Part shown: one piece after another, positions 25,751-40,600 of the stretch
How positions within the stretch are numbered: the first letter of the stretch is position 1
Layout of the letters: each line of letters starts with the position of its first letter
Assembly (NCBI RefSeq): GCF_006345805.1
Contig: NC_043024.1
Span: forward strand, 14,570,001 to 14,634,000
Length of the DNA: 64,000 bases
Direction: 5' to 3'
From: Octopus sinensis
Lineage: Eukaryota
The notes under the pieces: model-generated
What the model saw: the letters and a program-made list of their open reading frames with translations, nothing else
Told to the model about the DNA's origin: nothing
The model's database searches: none
Made by a program: the position numbers and the translations under genes

Positions 25751-28700
25751 GTATGTGTGTATGTATGTATATACGACGGGCTTGGCCACAGTCAAAGACT
25801 GAAATGAGTAAAAGAGACATGAGACAAAATGCTTGATGGCATTCTGTCCCTTTTTTCAGTCTGAGTTCAAATACCATTCAGTCCCACTGCATTTCAACTC
25901 AAGTATGTGTCTACTTGTATAGCCTTGTGATTTGGTAGATGGAAACTGAATGAAGCCTGTTGTGTATATTTATATATATGTGCGTGTATTTGTGTCTGGG
26001 TTGTCCAACCACTACTACTCAACAACTGCTGTTGGTATCTTTATATCCCCCTAACCTAGCACTCCAACAAAAGTGAACCAATAGAAAAACTACTGGGATC
26101 AGTTCATTCAACAAGGATTTCCTGAAGGGAGAGGCATTTACGTGGCCCCAGTCTAACGACTCAAACAAATGGAAAAACAAAGAAGTATAAAACATAAAAT
26201 GGTGAATGAATGAATTAAGGATAAATCTTCTTTCTTTCTTTCTTTCTTTTCTTTTATTTGTTTCAGTCATTTGACTGCGGCCATGCTGGAGCACCGCCTT
26301 TAGTCGAGCAAATCGACCCTCGGACTTATTCTTTGTAAGCCCAGTACTTATTCTATTGGTCTCTTTTTGCCGAACCGCTAAGTGACAGGGACATAAACAC
26401 ACCAGCATCTGTTCTCAAGCAATGCCAGGGGGACAAACACAGACACACAAACACACACACATACATATATATATACATATATATGACAGGCTTCTTTCAG
26501 TTTCTGTCTACCAAATCCACTCACAAGGCTTTGGTCGGCCCGGGGCTATAGTAGAAGACACTTGCCCAAGGTGCCACACAGTGGGACTGAACCCGGAACC
26601 ATGTGGTTGGTAAACAAGCTACTTACCACACAGCCACTCCTGCACCTTAGAAGGTTTGGAGATGATGTATAGGTATTATATATTAGAAGAAAAGAGGTAC
26701 TCAGAAATCTGGATGGTTTTATATTTACAGATATTTACTAGTATGTTACATGTTTTTATAAATCATATATCATATACTAGCGCTTTCGTCCATTCAGATC
26801 AATTTGAAGACTCCACTAGAATGGACAAAAGTGCTATTATATGATATATGATATATAAAAACATGTAACATACTAATAAATATCTGTAAATATAAAACCA
26901 TCCAGATTTCTGAGTACCTCATTTCTTCTAATATATATATATATATATAATCCTGTTTGTCTGTCACATTATTTTTATCAAATCTTTTCTAAAAAATGCA
27001 TCTGTACATAATTAGTGAAATTTTATGTAATTTATTAACTGTGTACAAATGAATTTTTTCTGTCTTCCAGCTTCAAGCATAGCTATTCCAACAGTCTCTT
27101 CAGCAGGTTTGTATATTTGATACTAAACCATATGTTTAGTCAATATAATGAAAGTACTCACTAGGTGTCTAAGTTTACCTTGTCTGTCACAGTATATAAC
27201 TTATCAGTCTGGGATTAGTTTTAGTTAGGTTCATACAATCTAAAAAAAACAAAAAGAAAATTCAAAAGTAACATTTGATCTTTACTTGTTGGTGTTGGCT
27301 GTAAATGTTCACCTCTTGTAAAACCAAGACTGAGGAAATTTTACAGTCAATGTTACTAATAGACTGAAAACTATATTCTCCAAAAACCAATAAATGTCTG
27401 ACACTACTTTAGTCTTGTTGGTTCTAATAGAACCTGTGACACATGGTGAAACACTTAAAGGTTGCAAAACGCAACAAAAATTTTAGGAAAATAAAAAGAA
27501 GGAAAAAAGTGGAAACTTTACTGGTGAGTGTGTTAGATTATAAGGCACAAAAAGAAAATGACTCTCCCCAGACACAACAGACTTAAACATCACTTACTGA
27601 ATAAAAGACCACCACATTAGTTATCTAAATATGTAGAGTGAACTTAGAACCAAGCAGCAGATTATGATCTTGGATAATCTAAATTCCTCAAGGAATGTGA
27701 AGACGCAGGCTGGAAAGCGGAGCATTTTCCAATCGAAGTCGGATGTAGAGGGTTCGTTGGACACAGTGTGAAACGACTGTTGTTATCGCTAGGCCTAACT
27801 CATCGTAAAGTCAATCCCACGTGACCAATATCCAAACTACGGTGGAGAAGGCTAGCCACTGGATTTGGTTAAAAAGAGATGATGAGCAATGCCTAGAAGG
27901 ATATTGAGTTTAACCTCATAACCAGTTGATCAAGCAAGCAGAGCCTCATATCAGTGAGGGGAGCCCGTGCGCATTGATGCTGTCGAGAGGTAGACCCCGA
28001 AACGGCGCGCATTCTCTCCTGATGACCCCATACACTTGCTGGCTTCCGGCATACGGAGCTTTTGATTGGTAGCACTTGCATGTGCAAGTTGTGTGCAAGA
28101 CATATACAGGTGAAAAATCAAATATTGAAATTTTAATTTATGCCAGACTGAGAGGTGTCAGACCAGGGAGAAATGAACAATATTTCTGAAGTTGGAAGTT
28201 AGGCTGGGTAAGAGAATTAACCCTTTTGTTACCGTATTTCTTTTGAGATGCTCTGTGTTTCTTCCAATTAATCTTAAATATAACAAAGAATTTAGTAAAA
28301 TAACTTAGTTATCATTAAGCTAATGTTAGGAACATAAATTGTGACTAAAGTTCGGTGGAAGATTTTAATTCAAAACTTTCAAAAACAAGATTTTTGTACT
28401 ACAGAGCCAGAGGCGGTTTCAGACAGGCTGGTAACAAAAGGGTTAAGGAACACAGAATTGCCCGCATTGGTGTCTGTACAACTGACTTACAAAGCATGGA
28501 AGATGCATATGAAAACCCACAATTTCAAAACCAGTTTTGGGTAGATTCATTGCTTTATGAAGAGACATGAACTTTCATATCATAACTGGATTCAATGCCT
28601 AAAACTACTTGAAGATTTTAAAGATTACTTACCGGAGTTTTAACAGTTCATAATTAGACAATAGAGATCCAGTGTATCTAAGATATAAGAACAATTTTCA

Positions 28701-31700
28701 TTAAAATATTAGTTGTATACTCTCTCTCTTTACTCCTTTACTTGTTTCAGTCATTTGACTGCGGCCATGCTAGAGCACCGCCTTCAGTCGAGCAAATCGA
28801 CCCCGGGACTTATTCTTTTGTAAGCCCAGTACTTATTCTATCGGTCTCTTTTGCCGAACCGCTAAGTGACGGGGACGCAAACATACCAGCATCGGTTGTC
28901 AAGCAATGCTAGGGGAACAAACACAGTCACACAAACACACACACATACATATACATATATACAACAGGCTTCTTTCAGTTTCCGTCTACCAAATCCACTC
29001 ACAAGGCATTGGTCAGCCTGGGGCTATAGCAGAAGACACATGCCCAAGATGCCACGCAGTGGGACTGAACCTGGAACCATGTGGTTGGTTAGCAAGCTAT
29101 TTACCACACAGCCACTCCTGCGCCTATATAAGCCAAAAAAAATTTATTTATTTATACTACCATCACCTATGGAAAAGTTGACTATTAGAATGTCATTTTC
29201 TCGTCAGTTGGAATAAATATATGATGTTTAAAATTTTGCTCTGTTTCTCTCTCTCTCTTTTACCCTCTATTTCTAACTGCAACAAACATTTTCACCATGT
29301 TATTTCTCTCTTTCTCTTCACCTCTCACTTCTACTAGCCACAAGACAGCTTGATGCATTGGCTGGTAATAATGACACTATTCCCTCCACCACCCAACACA
29401 CACTCCCTCTCTCTTTATTTGCCTTTATTTATCCTCCTACCAGAACATCACTCCTCTCCTAAACATTCTCTTTCTCACTCTCTATACTCTCTCTTTTACT
29501 CTTTTACTTGTTTCAGTCATTTGACTGCGTCCATGCTGGAGCACCACCTTTTAGTTGAACAAATCAACCCTAGGACTTATTCTTTGGAAGCCTAGTACTT
29601 ATTCTATCAGTCTCTTTTGCCGAACTGCTAAGTTGCGGGGACGTAAACACACCAGCATCGGTTGTCAAGTGATGTTGGCTGGGGGACAAACACAGACACA
29701 CAAACATATACACACACACATACATATAGATATATATAAATATACAACGGGCTTGTTTCAGTTTCCATCTACCAAATCCACTCACAAGACTTTGGTCGGC
29801 CCGAGGCCATAGTAGAAGACACTTGCCCAAGGTGCCATGCAGTGGGACTGGACCCGAAACCAAGTGGTTCCTAAGCAAGCTACTTACCACACAGCCACTC
29901 CTACGCCTATAAAAATGTATAGACAGACGAAATACCTATTTCTTTACTACCCACAAGGGGCTAAACACAGAGAGGACAAACAAGGACAGACAAACAGATT
30001 AAGTCGATTATATCGACCCCATGCGTTACTGGTACTTATTTAATCAACCCCGAAAGGATGAAAGGCAAAGTTGACCTCGGTGGAATTTGAACTTAGAATG
30101 TAGCGGCAGACGAAATACCGCTAAGCATTTCGCCCGGCGTGCTAACGTTTCTGCCAGCTTGCTGCCTTCCACTATTTAAACATGTGATAACTATTATGTT
30201 CCTCTTCACATCTTTAGCACTTCTCTCTTCCTCTTTTGATCTTCACCTTTCCCTTCAACTAATCATGTGACAATGTAACACATTTCAACCTTAGCCTATT
30301 AATATCTTCATTCCTATAACTGTCTTTCACTCTCTTCTTAAGTATTGATCACTCTTTCCTTTTCTATCTCTAGAAATATTCCGAAATTGAGCCAATTTAC
30401 TATTTTTTTTTTAATTGAAATTTAAAAAAATATTTTCAAGCTTTTGAAGAAAGATTTTCAGATTTCTATGAAAATGAAAAATATAAAAATTTCACCATAA
30501 TTTCATGGGACATCCTTAATAAGAAAACTAAAGATAATGTTTATTTCTCCTTTATTTTATTTCAAAATCTGTTAAAATGTAGATCGAGATATAGAGCCCT
30601 GCATGGACAGATAGAATTTCACATTCATTATAAAGAATAGAAGAAATTCACAAAGATTTGGCATTACTTTATAATTTTTAGAGTTTTTTTAAAATTTGAA
30701 TTTTCAACTGTTAGCATATAACAAACTCTCATCCAGACCTGATCCTAATGCTGGATTTTCAAGAACCAAATGAAGGGCAGATTTTTAATCTTGGGATCAT
30801 CCTTGATTGCGAAAAGGTATAATATGTCTCTGTAGAGCAAATGTAGATGGAAATACAGGGGTCCCGGATGGACGGAAGGATTTTCACATTTATTATAAGA
30901 GATTTCTATAAGTTATTAAGATTAAAAGAGATTCTAATACAACTTCGTTAATGCTTTATTGCAGTACCCAGAATAACTGGCCCATCTGGTACTCCAACAG
31001 GTAAGTACAGTTTTATTGTATGATTAGTCATAAAAACGATAAACGTGGCCCTTTTCAAACCTAGCCAGGCTCATGGTTCCAGTTTCCTGGTTTCTGTGGT
31101 GTATGTGATCCCCCCCCCCCAGCTGAATGGGACGCCAGTCCATCGCAGCATTACTCAAGAAACAGGAAGAGAGAGTAAGAGAAAGTTGTGGTGAAAGAGT
31201 ACAAGAGGGGTCGCCCCCCCCCCTGCCAGAGCCTCATGGAGCTTTTAGGCGTTTTTGCTCAATGAACACACACAACACCTGATCCGGGAATTGAAACCGC
31301 GATCCTCCAACTGCGAGTCCGCTGCCCTAACCACTGGGTCATCACGGTGAAAGTATTACTGGATACAATGAGTTATTCAGTGATAGGATTTCAGCCTAGC
31401 ATCAAGTGTTTTATTTTAATTATGAATAACATATGAAGCTATTTCTCATCAGATTCAATCAGTGTAGCCAGGTGAAGTCATGTGGAACATTAGTGTACAT
31501 GATATATATTGGGAGTTTAACCTGTGCTGTGTGTATGTATTTGTTTTTCTTGAAGAAATCCCTTCTAACATTTAAAGAAATGAGCATGGTGAAGATGTGG
31601 ATTTCCAAAGCATCATTGAAAGCAATCCATCTAGGATGGCCTCGGCACAAGATAATAAAAGTTTAAATAGATGCTTCTGTTTCACTAGAAATCGTTTTGG

Positions 31701-34650
31701 AAGGGGTATGTGTTACAGTGTAGCAATTAACATGTTACCTATAATAAATAATACCATTTAAACATTGAATATGTTTGTAGTTAATCCATTCAGATGTTTA
31801 CTGTTACATTTGAAGCAGACGCTGAGTGAAATTCTGTCTCTCTCTGTTATATATACATAAGTACGGACGTAGCAGATAACAGCTAGCCTTTGGCTGTTTG
31901 GACCCTGTTGTGTCCACTGCTCTGATTGGTTGGTATTGGCGCAGTTTGTTTCATGCTCTGTTACGCACCAATGTACAACCCAACCAATCGCAACTTTCTA
32001 AGGTCCTGTGACACAGCCTTTCTAAATCTCCATTTGAGCCTATAAATGTCTTTAGTTTAAACATTGAGTGTAATTTTCCACAATTACTGAAATATTTACC
32101 CAAATCAAGTTATTTCTTCTTGTAATATGTATTAGCTTAAATGTCGTATAACAGGAAATAAATGGATATTTATTCTTTGATTACAGGTTTCACTGCTTCA
32201 AAAGGTTTTCAAACTGGTATGGAAATTTTAATATCAACAAATAAGATGTTTTTATATTCTCTCTCTATATAATTATTATAACTATAATTTAAGTCCTCCT
32301 TTTCGGATCAGTTTTTGTATGAAACTATATAGCTTACCTGATTTAACAAAAATTGAAGTTTAAAATGGAATATGTTTAGTAATGTATTCCTAAAATACTG
32401 AATGAATGTGTGGTGGACATAGTAGTAGTATCTTTGAAGTATCTTTGAAGTAGTATCTTTGAAGACATGCTACATGCATTGTTGTGGAGGCGCAATGGCC
32501 CAGTGGTTAGGGCAGCGGACTCGCGGTCATAGGATCGCGGTTTCGATTCCCAGACCGGGCGTTGTGAGTGTTTATTGAGCAAAAACACCTAAAAGCTCCA
32601 CGAGGCTCCAGCAGGGATGGTGGTGATCCCTGCTGTACTCTTTCACCACAACTTTCTCTCACTCTTACTTCCTCTTTCTGTTGTACCTGGATTTCAAGAG
32701 GCTGGCCTTGTCACTCTCTGTGTCACGCTGAATATCCCCGAGAACTACATTAAGGGTGCACGTGTCTGTGGAGTGCTCAGCCATTTACACGTTAATTTCA
32801 CGAGCAGGCTGTTCCGTTGATTCGGATCAACCGGAACCCTCATCGTCGTAACCGACGGAGTGCTTCCATTACATGCATTGTTATTTCAATTGAGCAGGAA
32901 TTGTTATGATTACAGTACAAAGGACAGCACAACAGTGAGAGAAAACATTCATCTTTATGATGCACAGTCCTAATGGTTTGGTCTGCAAATCTTTAAAAAA
33001 TTTCTAAATAAATATGGTATATTTTTTTTATTGAAAACATTAAAAATTTTTTTATGAATACAAAATCATATACATTTGTAAGTGATTAATAAAAAGAAAT
33101 GATTTTTTCCCATTCATAAATTTCTAGCACACATATATTCAGATATTTAACAAAACAATTTCTGTTTTGTTCATCTTTACAACACACAGTCTTAATGGTT
33201 TTGTCTGCAAATATTGAAAAAATTTCTAAATAAATATGGCATATTCTTTTTTCAGTCACTGTTGTTTATTTAATCAAATCATACATATGAAAGATTGAAG
33301 AACCACATGATTGTATAACCGACCAGGCTATCAGATGTTGTTACACATCACTGGTCACAATGTGTTTTGCATTGTTTTATACTTCAAATGATGCCACCTA
33401 GGCTAGGCAAACAGACCAACATAATCCCGCCATCCCACCCATAGGTGGATTGGAGCAATGCGAAATGAAGGAAGAATTTCAACCATGTTTCGTGGTCTGC
33501 TACCACAACATCTCCTTTATAGGATCCAGTTAGCTCAAGACATCATCAGGAGGAACCACGTCCAGTTTTGGCCTCTACTCCTCTACCATTTTGACATGGC
33601 GGGGCCCCTGCTTTCAGAGGTGTCTTCAGCTCTGGTGTTGGATGCATGTCGTCTTTCTCCTTCTTTCTTCTGTTCCCTGGCCTCTTTGATGTAGCGTCAA
33701 TGAGCGTCAGCAGGCGACTGACTGTCTTGTCAAATTTCCCTTTAAATACCCGCTGCTAGGCTCCAGCAGGCAGCCCCAGCAAGTTGTCACATGACACTGT
33801 CTCAACTTTAACTGACCAATGAAGGCGTGTAGTCTCAGCCCACGCATTCTCTAAATGATACCGTCATCTGTCAATCAGTGAAGCTACTTCAGTGTCAGCC
33901 TGTCTCACCTAGTGATGTTATTTTCCTGCCGGCATGTTATGACTTTCAAGCCATTTTTGGTCTTCCCGCTTCAGCCATATATAGAAGCTGGCTTTTTCGA
34001 CCACATCCTTTATTCTCCTTATTAGTTTCCTCAGCTCGGGGCTAGAAAAAACAAATCTTCTTTTGAATAGTGTTGTCATTTTTCTTTCAACAACAAAATA
34101 ACAAAAGAATGTGCTGCCCGGTCAGAGAATCAAATCCATGGTCGCTAGATTGTGAGTGCACCAGCCTAACCACTAGGCCATGTGCCTTCACAGTAAATAT
34201 ATATATATATTAAAGAATAGTATTTGTAATTAACACTACAAAAACAACATATGATGCAAATAAATTGCCATTTTCTTGCAGGAACAACAACATCTGGCAT
34301 ATCTCTTACTCCATCAAGTAAGTACAATTCTACTGTTTGTTTAGTGATTATTAGGAAAGTATTACTGAATGTAATTCGTTGCTGTATGACAGAATATTTA
34401 GATATTCATCAAGGGATTTGAAATAATTATGAATAACATATGAAGCTATTTCTTATCAAAAACATTCAGCAGGAGTGGCTGTGTGGTAAGTTGCTTGCTT
34501 ACCAACCACATGGTTCCGGGTTCAGTCCCACTGCATGGCACCTTGGGCAAGTGTCTTCCGCTATAGCCTCGGGCTGACCAAAGCCTTGTGAGTAGATTTG
34601 GTAGATGGAAACTGAAAGAAGCCCGTCGTATATATATATATATATATATA

Positions 34651-34690
<40 letters not shown>

Positions 34691-37600
34691 TGTCTGTGTT
34701 TGTCCCGCAACATCACTTGACAACTGATGCCGGTGTGTTTGCATCCCTGTAACTTAGCAGTTCAGCAAAAGAGACTGATAGTATAAGTACTAGGCTTACA
34801 AAGAATAAGTCCTGGGGTCAATTTGCTCGACTAAAGGTGGTGCTCCAGCATGGCTGCAGTCAAATAACTGAAACAAGTAAAATAGAGTAAAGAGAGCCTA
34901 GCTGGGTTCACTTGTAGTAAAAGGATTACATATAGAGGTGAAACTATACTATTATTCCTATATGAACTATTGTATAAATAATTATACAAGAGAGAGAGAG
35001 AGGAAATGAAAGTTCTTCAGGAATGTAATAGATAACATGTATACCAGCATGAAATACAGGCATTGCTTTGAAGCTGCAAGTTGGACAGTTTGTCTTTTCT
35101 TATTCAACATGTTACCTGTAATGACTAATATCATTTAAACATTGAATATGTCAGCAGTTAATTCATTCATGATATATGTACTGTTACATTTAAATAGAGA
35201 TGTCTATTGTTTTAAACATTCAGTGTAATTTTTTATTATTAATGAAATGCTTACACTGTAGAGTTAATCACCCGGGAGCGGAATTATTCAATCTTGCTGT
35301 ACTACTACCGAATAAATCTGTTGAGTTTCACTCTTAAGAATAAATATGGCATTTTCTTTTTTGGGTCACTATTATTTATTTAATCAAATCATATATATGA
35401 AAGATTGAAGAATCACAGGATCATGTAACTGGCCAGGCTGTTAGAATGTTCATAACTGCAAATTACACAGCTCACTTCTGAGGGTCATGTTGTACAATAC
35501 CTTATTTCTTTATTGCCCACAAGGAGCTAAACATGGAGGAGACAAACAAGGACAGACAAATGGATTAAGTCGATTATATCGACCCCAGTGCATAACTGGT
35601 ACTTATTTAAACAAACCCAAAAGGATGACAGGCAAAGTTGACCCTGGCAGAAGTTGAACTCAGAACATAACGGCAGATGAAATACCTATTTCTTTACTAC
35701 CTGCAAGGAGCTAAACACAGTGAGGACAAAGAAGGACAAACAAACGAATAAATCGATTCCATTGACCCCAGTGCGTAACTGGTACTTAATTTATCGACCC
35801 CGAAAGGATGAAAGGCAAAATCGACCTCGGTGGAATTTGAACTCAGAACGTAACGGCACTAAGCATTTCGCCCAGCATGCAAACATTTCTGCCAGCTTGC
35901 CGCCTTCTATTTTGTATAGTAACTGTACATGTTGTACACTTCCTAGCCTCTCTCGCCCATATCTGTATCGTCCCTTTTATGGATGCCATCTCATTCATCT
36001 CTCATCTCATGATTTCAACAAGACTTCCTTTGAGAGTTCTACATATATATATCAGGATACCAAAATCAGAAACTCAACGCAACTATCACAGTATTCTTTC
36101 TCGAAACATTTTGGCTTTTTACATCCTGCAGCAATTCTTGCACTTTACCTCAGTTGAAGACTTGAGAGATTTTCGTGTTTGATCTTCAACAGCTAGTGTT
36201 GTCAATAATTGGCTGCCCCACTTCTTTTATTACTCTGGTGTTGCTGTCATGCCTAGCCTGAGGACTTGATATGGTCACAACATCACTGTTAGGCATCCTT
36301 ACAGACTCAGCATGAACCATTGTCCAGGTGTTGTACTCAATTCTGGTTCTGGTTCCTGTGTGTTTAGTGGGGCCTGTTGCTCAACTGCCCCTAACTGCAG
36401 TGAGTGACCCTTCTTCTTAATCCATGCAGTATTCTTTCTGGCATGTGTCCCATATTTTGCCTTGGATGCAACCTTGTCAAACATGGTTTTGTGTATTACA
36501 TCCTCACTTATTCCAAAGTATGGGTTTACAGCAACCCTCAATGGTCTTTACATTAACTTTTCGGCTGGGGATAAATTACAGTCACTCAAGGCACTCCAAT
36601 GGCTGAACAGAATTTTGTTCAAGTAATTGCCAAAATCTCCTGTCTTCAGATCAAAATGCTCCAATGCAGTTCTCACAGTTTGTATGGCTCTTTCGGTGGT
36701 GCCATTAGATGCTGGACTGTAAGCAGGTGTCTCAATTTTTCTGGAACCCGTTGATGACAACATATTCTTTAACGCAACAAATTCAGGCCCATTGTCCGAT
36801 ACTAAAGCTGTAGGCACTCCAAAACGAGCAAAGACCTCCAACAGCTTGCTTTTAACTGCTTCAGTCTAGTGATTAGGACACAAGAATGTCTCAATCCTTG
36901 TTGAATAGGCTTCTACTATTACAAGTATGTTACTGATGTTTGGAACATATGCACCATCCATATGCACATGTTCTTAGGGCCCAGAAATAGGCCATGAATC
37001 ATTTGCCTTTACTAAATTTGGCCTAACTACCTGGCAACTATCACAAGATTTGACAAACTTCTCCACTGACTAAGTCAACCCAGGCCACCAAACATAGAGT
37101 TGTGTGCCTTCTTAATCGTTTGTTGAATACTCATGTGTGCGTTATATATTTTAGCTTATATTGCGGTTCTATAAGGTGCTGGAATAAATGGACAAGATAT
37201 ATCAAGCCATTTTCACATGTTAGAAAATCCTCCTCTTTAACAAATGCACATTCCAAATTTGAGACCAATCTCCAATTTTGTTGTAAAATTCTTTCCTTTA
37301 TTTTGTTATATAAAGTGTTTGCCTCTAAGTTGTTTTCAGAGGCCTTCCATCATTACGGGATTGATGTCCTGCCACACACTGTGAGATATAGAGTTCAGCA
37401 AAACGCATTCCAGTACATTTGGAAAAAGAAGTGAATGATGAGTTAAAGAGGTTGAAAATGAATGGTATCATCATTACTCTGGAGTCAGATGTACCTCATC
37501 TGTGGTATGGCTGAGGAAAAAAGATCGATCCCTTTGCATGTATCTCAATTACAAGGCTCATTTAAATGCACATATTGACACCTATTCTTTTTCCATACCA

Positions 37601-40600
37601 TCAATTGACACTATCTTCTCTGGTATGTCAGGTGCAAAATTTTTCTCCACTCTTGATTTAAAGCATGCATATTGACAAATACCTTTAGCAGAGGAGGCAA
37701 GGTGGATTTGTGCTATTTAACGCAACCACTGGTCTCAACCTGGTTAACAGACTTTAAATGGGCTTTAAGAATTCGAGTGGCATATTTCAGAACTGCATGG
37801 AAACTCTACTAAAAGGAATTCAAGGAGTTAGGATACCATAAGTCCTCGAGTATAGTCTGCCCTTGAGTATAATACGCAGGGGATTTTTAGGGGGCTGTAC
37901 CTCTGAAAAACCTAAACCTTGTGTATAATACGCACCCTTTCTCTAACTTGAGTCAAGGAGGTCTATATAACGTCCTTGGTTTGTAAAAATGTATACGGTA
38001 ACATCCTTTATTATTATTGTATATATAACATAATGCAAACGTGTAGCTTTTTTGTGCATTTTGTTTGCAGAAAATAAAGAAATAACAGTAATAACGTTTA
38101 ATAAATGTTGCTTATTGCAAGTTATGGATGATTCTGTTATGACTTCATTGCTTTCAGGCTTAGCTTAAGGTATTTTCGCGCCCGACATCACAAAATGCGT
38201 CTGAATAAACATTGCCAGAGAGACTCAGACATTGCTTAGAAAATAATTTTCATTTTTAACCTCGTATATAGTACGCAATAGGGATTTTGACTTTAAAATT
38301 TTGGGAAAAAATGTGTATTATACTCAAAGATTTCCGGTATACCAAGATGATATCCTCATCTCTGCCAGTAGTGAAGCAAAATTGATAAGCAGGGAAAATG
38401 GGTTAGTTGCAAGGCTAACCAAGGCGCAGTACTCGATGAACAAAGAAAAGTCATTCTCCAGAAGAAGAAATTTGACTTTCCTGGGAATTAAAATATCTGA
38501 AGAGGGTATTTCTCCATCTCAGGAATTGGTAGCAAAGCTAAAGAATATACAAGTACCAAAATCGAAGGAAGATATTGACAAAATATTGGGTCTGACAAAT
38601 TACTACAGGAGATCTGTCTCATTTGAGTTCATATCTCATCCTTGTCGCCATATGTTTGGTCTCACTCTTAAGAAAATATATTGAATGTTAGTAACTGCAA
38701 GTTATGCAGTTCCCTTCTGAGGGTCACACTGTACAATTCCTAGCCATCTCTGTGCATATCGGTATTGCACCTTCTATGGCTGCCAGCTTGATCATTTCGC
38801 ATCTCATGATTTCCACATGGTTGCACGAGAGTTCCTTTGAGAGTTCTATATATATATATATCAGGATGCCAAAATCAGCAACTCTATGCAATTATCACAA
38901 AATCCATAAAAGATATTTAAATTTTACTAATATGCTTATCTACAAATTGATGGTGTAATTGTTACTTAACACAGAGGTGTTTATGCTGAATACCAGTCGC
39001 TAGTATAGGAGAAGGAATCTCTGGTGAGAGGAGAAAATGTTGTGTTTGAGCTTGACAAGTGGACAATGTTATGTCTTCATCTTAGTGAGAGATCTTTTTA
39101 CATGAGGTTACAGAAGCATAACTGCTAACTGGCCAGGAAAACCCTCTATGAATCAATCCCCTAACCCCTCTGCAGTCTTCTGTATTTTCCATGCACCTCA
39201 ATCTATAAATATAATTTAGTGCAAAACTGCATGGAATTTTGCCTTAATCTTAGAATTATTTTTGAAACATTTATCAGCTTAAATGTTGTATACCAGGAAG
39301 TAAATGGACATTTATTCTTTGATTACAGGTTTCACTGCTTCAAAAGGTTTTCAAACTGGTATGGAAATTTTAATATCAACATAAGAAATTTCTTTATATT
39401 CTCTCTATATATGATTATTATAACTATAATTTGAGTTCTCCTTTTTGGATCAGTTTTTGTATGAAACTATATAGCTTACCTGATTTAACAAAAATTGAAG
39501 TTTAAAATGGAATATGTTGAGTATGAAATATGTTGAATACTGAATGAATGTGGACAAATTTTTGTAACATTACCAGCTTAAATGTTGTACAACAGGAAGT
39601 AAATGGACATTTATTCTTTGATTACAGGTTTCACTGGTTCACAAGGTTTTCAAACTGGTATGAAAATTTTAATATCAACATATGAAATTTCTTTATATTC
39701 TAACTATATATTCTAACTCAATAGTACCACCTGGTGCTACTGAGTTAAACATAGCCTAGGCCTATACTGGCCGAAACCTATCAAAGTTATGCAATGACTA
39801 TAACTTTACAGTTTACCATATTCTGCAACATGGAAGCAGTGAGAAAAGTTTGGCTTATAATTGTTAAGTTGCTTAAGTTACTATTTACTGGAAGACGATG
39901 AGTTCATCCTGAGAATCCTTTCAATTCTCTTAAAGGATTTTTTGGTTTAACCAAACTGTTAGTTGTAAGATGTAAAAATTACAGCATATTCTATATATGA
40001 AATATGAAGAGATTCACTGGAGTGGCACAGGAGTGGCTGTGTGGTAAGTAGCTTGCTTACCAACCACATGGTTCCGGGTTCAGTCCTACTGCGTGGCATC
40101 ATAGGCAAGTGTCTTCTGCTATAGCCCCGGGCCGACCAAATCCATGTGAGTGGATTTGGTAGACGGAAACTGAAAGAAGCCTGTCGTATATATGTATATA
40201 TATATATGTGTGTGTGTGTGTGTTTGTGTGTCTGTGTTTGTCCCCCTAGCATTGCTTGACAACCGATGCTGGTGTGTTTACGTCCCCGTCACTTAGCGGT
40301 TCGGCCAAAGAGACCGATAGAATAAGTACTGGGCTTACAAAGAATAAGTCCCGGGGTCGATTTGCTCGACTAAAGGTGGTGCTCCAGCATGGCCGCAGTC
40401 AAATGACTGAAACAAGCAAAAGAGTAAAGGAGTTATACATTATTAAAATGGAGGCAAATATAGGGAAAAGATAAAATATAGATTGCTAATTGAACTAAGC
40501 AGGGACACTTATAGTTAAAATGGAGATTTTCATTAATTCAAGAGATCTAATGAAAAATACTTATTGATGTTATTTTGTAGTTATTTTGTATTGATACATA

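Noticed and set aside
27955-28015. Hammerhead-like TTGATGC...GAAAC in the HERO 3' UTR, and CTGATGA motifs near 16960 (minus), 33550 (minus) and 42530
   Set aside because: Core or stem II too degenerate, or GAAA missing; cannot be supported without a covariance search.
28341-28570. ORFs repeated at 28.3 and 45.4 kb ([10 protein letters not shown]...)
   Set aside because: They span a piggyBac MITE boundary, and the 18.9-kb paralog does not keep the frame.
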